Source: Reclinomonas americana ATCC 50394 (lineage: Eukaryota). From it: a stretch of DNA of 45,511 bases. Positions within the stretch are counted from its first letter, which is position 1. Each line of letters starts with the position of its first letter. The position numbers and the translations under genes are program-made. The stretch spans positions 259,403 to 304,913 of the forward strand of contig PS015072.1 in NCBI GenBank assembly GCA_048213135.1, read 5' to 3'. Of this stretch, positions 12,379 to 21,300 are shown piece by piece. A model generated the notes under the pieces. The model was not told the DNA's origin. It searched no databases and saw nothing but the letters and a program-made list of their open reading frames with translations.

Positions 12379-15300
12379 ATGTCTGCATCCACTGGCATCA
12401 TGCGCTCTCTGCTTGCGCTTGTGCTGGTGATGATGTGCGCCATGTTGGCCATGGCGCCCCATTCCGCGCAGGCCGACCCCGCCAAATGGAACGGTTTCAA
12501 CTATCTGAGTGATCAATGGGCCTCGGCGTACCCGTACGACTCGGCCACGGCGACCACGCAGCTGGGACAGGTTTGTCGAGTTTTATTGTTTTTGGCATGC
12601 ATTCGGTTGCTTTTTACTATATTTGGTGATCGGCTCTCCTTTGCCTGCTCTCCTTCCCACTTGCCTTGTTCTCCTTTCTATATTCGATGCCGCCCTGTTC
12701 TCATGCCCTCTCACTGCCCTTTTCCTTTCACTTTATGTTTCTTGCATCCGGATTTCGATATCCTTCTTCTTGCCCCATTCTGCTTCTCGCATCCTCTCCC
12801 CCTCATTCTCGTTGCCCTGTTACTCTCCCCTCCCGCTTTCGCATCGTCTTCTTTCTTCTCCCTTTTCGTTCCCTTCTTCATTCCTCCATTCTCATTGCTC
12901 TTGTTCTCCTCCCGGTGTATCTTCCCAGTCTGTTCCTCTCTCTCTTCCTTGCCCGTATACGCGTGCGTCCCCCCGGCACCCTTTTGTTAGATCATTTGAT
13001 CCCTACCCATCTTTTCTATACCTTGCCCTTATAGTGTGACTTTATAGTTGTTCTCTACTCCTTTACCCTTGACCCCTTACCCTTGCTCCGTCGAGAAACC
13101 CGTCACCCGGTCACCAGGGGCCGTTCTTGTTGTGACCGTCAATGAGGATTTTGCGAGTCTGAAGTACTCGCTCATTGTCATTCGCTTTTCAGCCTCGTTT
13201 TGTTTGTGTTCTTGTGAGAACTGGTTAGCGCACTTTTAGCGCTGGAGTGGACCACCTCACTTAACATAGACACAGGCTTCCTCGTCTCTCAAGAGGACTC
13301 TCTCTACGCCTGTGCGTGATCTGAGCCGCAGCCATGGATCGTCTGTCTCCCGCGCATGAAACTGCGGGCAACGACTCTGTGCCTGAGACTCACACCGCGC
13401 CCTCGCGCTCGCATGACGCCGACTCTGACTCCTCTGGCCACATGGAGATGCGGTCGCCAGTGGATGATGAGATGACGTTTGAGGGCGACATGTCGCCCCC
13501 TGTTTCCCGCCCTCCCGCCCATGGCCACGACGACGCTTACGCGCCCGCTTTCGAGTCGAGTCCAACCATCTCTCTCCGTCGTGGTGCCCCGCGTGCGCCT
13601 CCGCCCCCGCCCACCGAGCCGCTTCCGTCGCCACCGGCTCAGTCGAGCGCGCGCCCGGCATTTCTTCGCTCACCGCCAGCGCCATCTGCCACCGCCACCG
13701 CCGCCGCCGACGCCGTCGACGGCGAGGTCAGTGACACCGGTGTTATCTTTCAAGGTCAATCGTCTGCGGATTCGGCGCCGCCACGCCGTTCCCGCACTGG
13801 CCAGCGCCAACCTGCCCGTACTCATGAGCGCCTACTGGAAGGCCTCCCCGACGCGGAGCAAGCAAGCGTCACGTCTCTTCTGGACAAGGCGCAGTCGCGT
13901 GGCGCGCCTCTTACCCGCTCGGCTGCTCGCGCGCAGTCACAAGCGCAAGTGCAAGATTCCGTTGGCAATGCGTCAGCACCCCCTCGCCAGCAGCAGCAGT
14001 CGCCGCCCGTTTCCCGCACCTCCGCGCCCGTCAAGCACACCTCGGATGCCCGCCGTCGGGAGCACTTCCGCAGTTCTCGTGATCGTGATTATGAGGACCG
14101 CCGCGACCGCTCTTCGTCGCCGTCGCGCTCCCGCCACCGCAGCGGCCGCCACCGCTCGTCAACCAGGTCGCCTCGTGGCTCGTCCAGTCCTCGCCGACGC
14201 AGTCACCGCTCGGACCGCTACGATTCTCGCTCGCCGTCGCGCAGTCGCCGCTCTCGCCGCACGCGCTCTCGCCACCACCGGCACCGAGGCAGCTCGCGCG
14301 AGTCCTCTTCGGCATCGTCTCGCGACTCGGCCTACTCACGTCGCCACCGCTCCCACCGCAGTCGCCGTCACGAGCGCCGCTCCCGCCGCGATGAGAGCTG
14401 GAGTCGCAGTCGCAGCGTCAGCCGGGAGCATCGCGCAGCCTCATCGTCGACTTTGCCCGGCATCAGTGCCACTGCAGCGCAGCCGGCGGGACCACTTTCG
14501 ACTCATGACCGGAACGCCACAACGCCCGTCGACCTCCTGAGGGACCACTCGCACGAACAAGGGTGGTCTGCGCACAACGAGCGCCCAGCTCAGAGCGTCG
14601 CCGAGCGTAGCACGATTTTGGCTGGCGTGCCGAACGGAATGGTCCTTGCCGCTGCCGCTCCGCCCGTTGCCGCCACCAGCTCCGCTGCCGCCACAGTGGC
14701 TGGTGCTGCCGCTTCGGACAAGCCGCGCTCGCAGTACACGCTGCCCAAGCTCACGCCGCCCTCGCTGGAAGAGAGTCTCCAGATGCTCGACGGCGGCTCC
14801 AACTACGAGGAGCGTAAGATCCTTCAGTTGACGGATCCCACTCACAACGTCTTCTTGAACTCCGCGGTGCTCAGTGCCCTTTCCGCTGCGAAGGACCACG
14901 GCTACATGAACGCCCAGTACACCAACCTGTGCGCGCTCACCCAATTGCTCCTGGAAATCATGCAGAACATGCGAGATAACCAGGTGCTCAACGCCGACGT
15001 GCTGGGCTCCGACGTTTTGGAGGACCTCAACCTGCTTCGTGGGCACTTACATCAGTCGGTTCTGGAGCACACGGCCTTTGTCACAATCCACGGTGCCGCG
15101 CCGAACAGGCTGCGAGAGTTTGTTGGCCATGTGTGGCAGCGGCTGCGCCCGTCGATCTTTGATTCCGGCGTCGCGCAATTCGCGGAGCGCGCCCACGCGG
15201 AGCGTAAGCTCAGCAAGCACGGCTTCGCCGTGCCAGTGGTTTCGCAGCCGATGGATCTCGGAGCCAACGCGCCCGTCACGTACACGCAGCCCGGTCCGAG

Positions 15301-18300
15301 CCAGTCGGCGGGTTCCAGCGACTACCGTGGCAATCGCACTGTCGACCGGCCGTCCGGCGCGCGCTACCGGCCCTTTCGTGGCAACTCGGAGCGCCCTGAC
15401 ATGGACGAGTACTTTCGCCGCCGCAAGCCCAACAACCGCAACGCCACTCTGCCCCGTGCGTCCGGCCAGCCTTCCACGTCAGCCACCACCACCACCACCT
15501 CTGCGAACCCTGCCGGTGGAGCCAAAAGCTCCGCCGGCGGCGGTCAATGAGCCCCCCCTTCAGCGCCTTGCCGGTCTCCCCGAGTCGGGACGACGGCTGT
15601 CCTTCGCGGCACACGATCACGTCAACCACTCTCAGTCCGCTGTCTCCAGCGTTGCTTCACGCCCCGCCGTACTTCGGCGGTCGTTGGACACAATCGGGCT
15701 TGTGGATTCCACCGCCGCGTCCGCCCGCTCCGTTGGCGAGCGATCCGATCCACCATTCGTCGGTGGAGCGGGTGGCATCGGACACCGTTCCGCTCACAGG
15801 CCGTCTAGCACGCTGCCTGCCGGCATGGCGCACCATTTGTCCAAGGGGGGACTCTCAAGTGCTACACTGGATCAACCACGGCTGCACGCCGCACTTCAAC
15901 GGAACAACACCACCGCCAATCATTCGACTTTCCAAGCCAATTACCGACCCCTCGCACCTCCACTTCGTCCGCACGGAACTCGTCCGACTACAAGGCCTGG
16001 GCGCCATTCGGCCGGCCTCGCCAGAGGAAGTGGAGCACTCCTCTCCGATCCGAGTGGTGACTCGTCGCCACAGCGCCAAGCTCCGCATCGTCACCGACCT
16101 CCGCTTGTACAACCTCTCCGTCTCCCCGCCACGCATCAAGTTCGAGGGCCTGCGGGACGCGGCGCAGATCGTCGGGCCACACGCGTGGATGTGCTCGATC
16201 GATATTCGCGACGCCTACCTGCACGCGGCTCTGGCGGAGGACATTCAGCACCCGATCCACTTCAACGTCAACCTGGCCGGAACCATTTCCCACTGGCGCG
16301 CGACAGCGATCCCATTCGGTCTGGCCGACTCGCCGTACTTTTGGCACACGATGATGAGCGTCGTGGTCGGTCACCTCCGTTCCCACTACCACATGCGGGT
16401 CTGCTGGCTCCTGGACGACCTCCTGTTAGTGTCGGAGTCGAAGGATCAAGCCGCCAAGGACGCAGCAATCGCCTGTCAGCTGATCGAGTCGCTCGGCATT
16501 GTCATCAACCGGCAGAAGTCTCAGCTGGAGCCGCTGCAGTCAATCAAGTTCCTCGGCCTGCTCATCAACACCTCGCAACAATCCCCACTCTTCGAAGTGC
16601 CGGAGGAGACGGTCAACGACATTCGCACGTTCGCTCGCTCAGTGCACTCAATCGCGACACGCTCGGAGGGTCGGGTGCCGGCACGGTTGCTGGCCAGTTT
16701 TGCGGGCAAGGCCAACTCCATCTCTCTGGCTCTGCGCTCGACACGCCTGCACACTCGCGAGTTTTTCAACTGCCTGTCGACTCTCCCACCGCACAACCGT
16801 TGGTCTCGTTGGGTCTCACTGTCGCCCCTGGCGATGGAGGAACTCAGCAACTTCTGGGCAACGCTGTCTCCGACGCAATGCATCAACTTCACCCGTCCGC
16901 CGTCTCTGCTTCGAGCGCTGCGCATCACGACCGACGCGAGCGACCAGGCGTGGGCGGCGACTTTGGACGCACCACTTCCATCAGCAACGACAACGCGTTT
17001 GGAGCTGGCGGAGCTCCCTCAGCGCATGATTCACGGTCCGTGGCTGCCGACGGCCAAGCGGTCCTTCACCATCGCAGCCAAAGAATTGGCAGCGGTGCTG
17101 ATTGCGGCCCATCACTTCCTCCCGGCGATTCGCAACCAGCGTCTGCTCCTGATCTCGGACAACAAGGCAGTGGTCTCCATCATCAACTCGGGGTGCAGCC
17201 GATCACCGCAACTGTTCTCTCTGGCACGCGAGCTGTGGTCGCTGCTGACGGAGGCCAACGTCGAGTTCTCCTGCCGGTGGACGAGCACCCACACCAACCA
17301 GGCCGACCGGCCGTCTCGCCAGTTCGACAAGTCAGCGTGGTCACTGTCGGACGAGGCGTGGCAGACAATCGTCTCGGCATTCGGCCTGCCGGAAGTGGAC
17401 CTCTTCGCATCACGCGACGCGCACCTGGTGAGCCGCTACTGCAGCTTCTTCCCGGATCAGGCGGCGTGGGCAATGGACGCCTTCTCGGTGCCGTGGTGCC
17501 GCGACGCTCTGCCGGACGGTCCACCGGATCGGCCGCCTCTCGTCTTCGCCAACGCGCCTTTTCGGCTGATTCCGCGCGTGCTCCAACATGCCGCCGAGAC
17601 TGGCCCCTGCAACCTCATTGTGGTAGCGCCGGTCTGGCCTTCTCGTCCGTGGTGGCGTCAACTGGTGACGGCGGCCTCTCATCACGTCGATCTGCCGTCG
17701 GACAGCTGTCGGCCGACACCGCTGCGGAATCGACGCCTCTTGCCAGAGCCATGGACGCACTGGCGTCTGCGCCTCCGCGCCTTCTTGATTCCTCCAGCTC
17801 CATGCTGGCTCGGGTCTCGAGGCGTGTGTGGCTCAACCCTTTGGAGCTGAAGCTGGCCGCATGACGCAAAATGGAGCAATCTGGGTAGGGAACAAAAGTT
17901 CCAACACTTTCTCGTTCCTCAATATCTCTCACTGCCCTTGTTCATCCCCCATTCTCCTCTCCGTTTTCCTTCTCCCATCTTCTTTCTTCCCTTGTCCTTC
18001 TCCCAATCAGTTTCCCCAGTCCTCTTCCCCTGCAGGTGCCCTTGTCTTTCACTCTTTTTCACCCATCCTCTCCCCCTCATACTCATTGTCCGTTCTCTCT
18101 CTCCTTCTCCTTCCTCCTTCTTCTTCTTCCTCTCCTTCTCCTTGCCCTTCTCCTTGCCCTTCTCCTTCTCCTCCTCCCACTCACTCTTTTGTCATCTTGC
18201 AGCTTGCCACCACCACCAGCTCCAACGCTGTGGCCTTCACCTGGGTCTGGTACATCAACAACGTCAACACGGCCACGACGCTGTACCGCGCACCGAATAC

Positions 18301-21300
18301 CCCCACCGACGCGGCTTTGGTGGCCATCACCAAGCAGGTCAGAGGGGAAGCGGAAAAGAACGCCAGCTTTTGCAGAGGATCACTCACTGCTCCCTTTTTG
18401 TGCCAAACAGGCCAAGACTCGTGGCCTGTACGTGATGTGGCGGTGAGTCGTTGATGTTGACTCCTCTCTTCTTCATGCACGACACTGACGACTTTTGCGC
18501 ACCCACCAGCCCCACGATCGACCCCGACTGGAGCATCTCGTCCAACAAGAACGAGTGGCGCGGACATATTGGCCAGGGATTCACCTCGGCCTCGCAGTGG
18601 ACCGCCTTCTTCTCCAGCTACCAGACCTTCATGGTCGCCTACGCCACGCTGGCGCAGGCCAACGCTGTCGACCACTTGTGCATTGGTCTGGAGATGACTG
18701 TGGCCTCGCGGCAATCGGCCTCCTACTGGACCACCGTTGCGCCCTCTCTCAATCATAACTTTATGCGTGTGTCTCTTTGTGTGCTCACACTTGTCCTCCA
18801 TACACAGCTGATCGCTGCTGTCCGCGCCAAGTTCACGGGCAAGATCAGCTTCCAGGCCAACCAGGGCGACGAAAACGTGGTCACCTTCTGGTCCTCGGTC
18901 GACTTTATCGGCGTCGACGCCTACTACGCGCTGGCGGCCAACATCTACCAGCCGACGGTCACCGACTTGACCAACGCCTGGAAGGGCATCATCACCAACC
19001 TGGCCAAGCTCTCCACCACCTACGGCAAGCAGGTCATTTTCGGCGAGATTGGCTACTGCTCGTCGAGCGGAACCAACGTCACGCCGTGGGACTGCGGCAA
19101 GAATGGAGTCAACCTGGTGGCACAGAAGAACGCCTACGAGGCGTTTTTCAAGGCGGTGTACTCGCAGACCTGGTTCAAGGGCGTGTTCTTCTGGGCGTGG
19201 TTGGCCGATCCCTCCGACAGCGGTGTGAACAACCCCGGCTACACTGTCAGCGGCAAGCCCGACGTCACGGCTCTGGTCAAGGCGTACTTTACTGCCGCTG
19301 CTGGCACGCCAGTGGTGGTGCCTCCCACCGTCACCTGCTCCGATGTCGCACCCACCTCGACGCTGACCTGCCCGCAGCAAGGTGCAACTCGGAGAGAGTG
19401 TGTTTTCCCCACACCGCACTTTCTCGTAACTCACTCTCTCTATTCCTCATCCAGCCGCCCTCGGAAACTGTGGACAGTCATGGATGAAGGGCTATTGCTG
19501 CAGCTCCTGCTTTGCCTGCACCGGCTGTGCGACTGCCGGCACTGGCCTGACGTGCGCTGATGTGCCGCCGCCGGCCGCCGCTGGTCAGACGCAGTACTCC
19601 TGCGCCCAGCAGGCCCTGTGGGGACAGTGCAACCAGACGTGGATGAAGGGCTACTGCGCGGCCACTTGCTTTGGCTGCCAGAATCAAGGCGCTCCCGGTG
19701 GCGGCGTCGCCAACCCGCCGTGCTCGGATGTGGTCGTGCCGACGGCCTCGCAGTACACGTGCGCCCAGCAGGCCTCGTGGGGCAAGTGCAACCAGGACTG
19801 GATGGCTGGCTACTGCTGCAACTCCTGCGGCACCTGCGGCACATCGCGGTGCACTATTCCCAACACGCCGGCTTGCGCTGATGTGCCGCCGCCGGCCGCC
19901 GCAGGCCAGACGCAGTTCACGTGCGCCCAGCAGCTTTCGTTCGGTGCCTGCAGCGCCTCATGGATGCAAGGCTACTGCTGCTCCACCTGCTTTGGCTGCA
20001 AGGCCGGGTGCGGAAAGACCAACCTGCCCGTGTGCACCGACACTCCGCCGCCAGCCTCCGGCGGCGTCTCATACACGCACAGGTACCCGTTTTTCCGGCC
20101 ACGTCACGGTACCATCACGGTCGCGTCACATGACGGGACAGTTCGGCTGTCGCGTCACGGTGACGTCATGTGATGCTACCGGACACTGTCCCGTCATGTG
20201 ACGCGACTGTGACGCGACTGTGACGCGACTCTGTTATATAATCCGGCGGCTGGCTGCGGGCGACCGTACTGCTTTGCCATGCGATGCTACAATATACTAC
20301 AACGTTCATTCATATTAAAATGCTCCAGCTGCACACAAAATCAGCTTCTGTGACCCTGCAGAGACACACAGATCGAGTGAGACGCCGGATGCTCAAGTAC
20401 ACACCACTGTACCGCCGCACCATTACCTCCACAGTGAGGCGATAGACAGCAGGCACTGGGTCCTGCCTCCGCACAATCACACACACACAGACAACTTGGC
20501 GTGAGACACTGCGCGGCAAGGCGGTGTAACACAAGCACCACCACCACCACAACAGCAACAAGGCCATCTCTCTCCACTCCTTTTCCTCCTCCTCCCACAA
20601 TTACCCAACAGCACGCAAGGCAGCAGCCGCACATACACGTCTCACTCCACTCCTCCTTCTCCTCCCACAATTACCCAACAGCACACAAGGCAGCAGCCGC
20701 ACATACAACATCTCACTCCACTCCTCCTCCTCCTTCCTCCTCCCACAATTACCCAACAGCACACAAGGCAGCAGCCGCACATACAACATCTCACTCCACT
20801 CCTCCTCCTCCTCCTCCCACACTCACCCCACAGCACACAAGGCAGCGGCCGCACATACAACATCTCACTCCACTCCTCCTTCTCCTCCTCCTCCTCCCAC
20901 ACTCACCCCACAGCACACAAGGCAGCAGCCGCACATACAACATCTCACTCCACTNNNNNNNNNNNNNNNNNNNNNNNNNNNNNNNNNNNNNNNNNNNNNN
21001 NNNNNNNNNNNNNNNNNNNNNNNNNNNNNNNNNNNNNNNNCACAAGGCAGCAGCCGCACATACAACATCTCACTCCACTCCTCCTTCTCCTCCTCCTCCT
21101 CCCACAATTACCCAACAGCACACAAGGCAGCAGCCGCACATACAACATCTCACTCCACTCCTCCTTCTCCTTCCTCCTCCTCCCACAATTACCCAACAGC
21201 ACACAAGGCAGCAGACGTACATACACGTCTCACTCCACTCCTCCTCCTCCTCCTCCTCCCACACTCACCCCACAGCACACAAGGCAGCAGACGTACATAC

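Larger units (their letters stand above)
12995..17896 (+). mobile_element. DIRS-like (tyrosine-recombinase-class) retroelement lacking a recombinase ORF, inside intron 1 of the GH113 gene
   Basis: Intronless gag-like and RT/RNaseH/methylase ORFs inside the 5.6 kb intron 12571-18202. Boundaries are tentative and taken from a 14/15 inverted repeat (12995-13009 vs 17882-17896). Confidence 0.85.

Noticed and set aside
13060-13086. Telomere-like TTACCC repeats at the retroelement 5' end
   Set aside because: Only 2-3 degenerate units within pyrimidine-rich sequence.
20078-20090. Transib/RAG RSS-like end (CACAG...)
   Set aside because: The terminus is CACAGGT, not CACAGTG, and the TSD is 3 bp rather than 5 bp.
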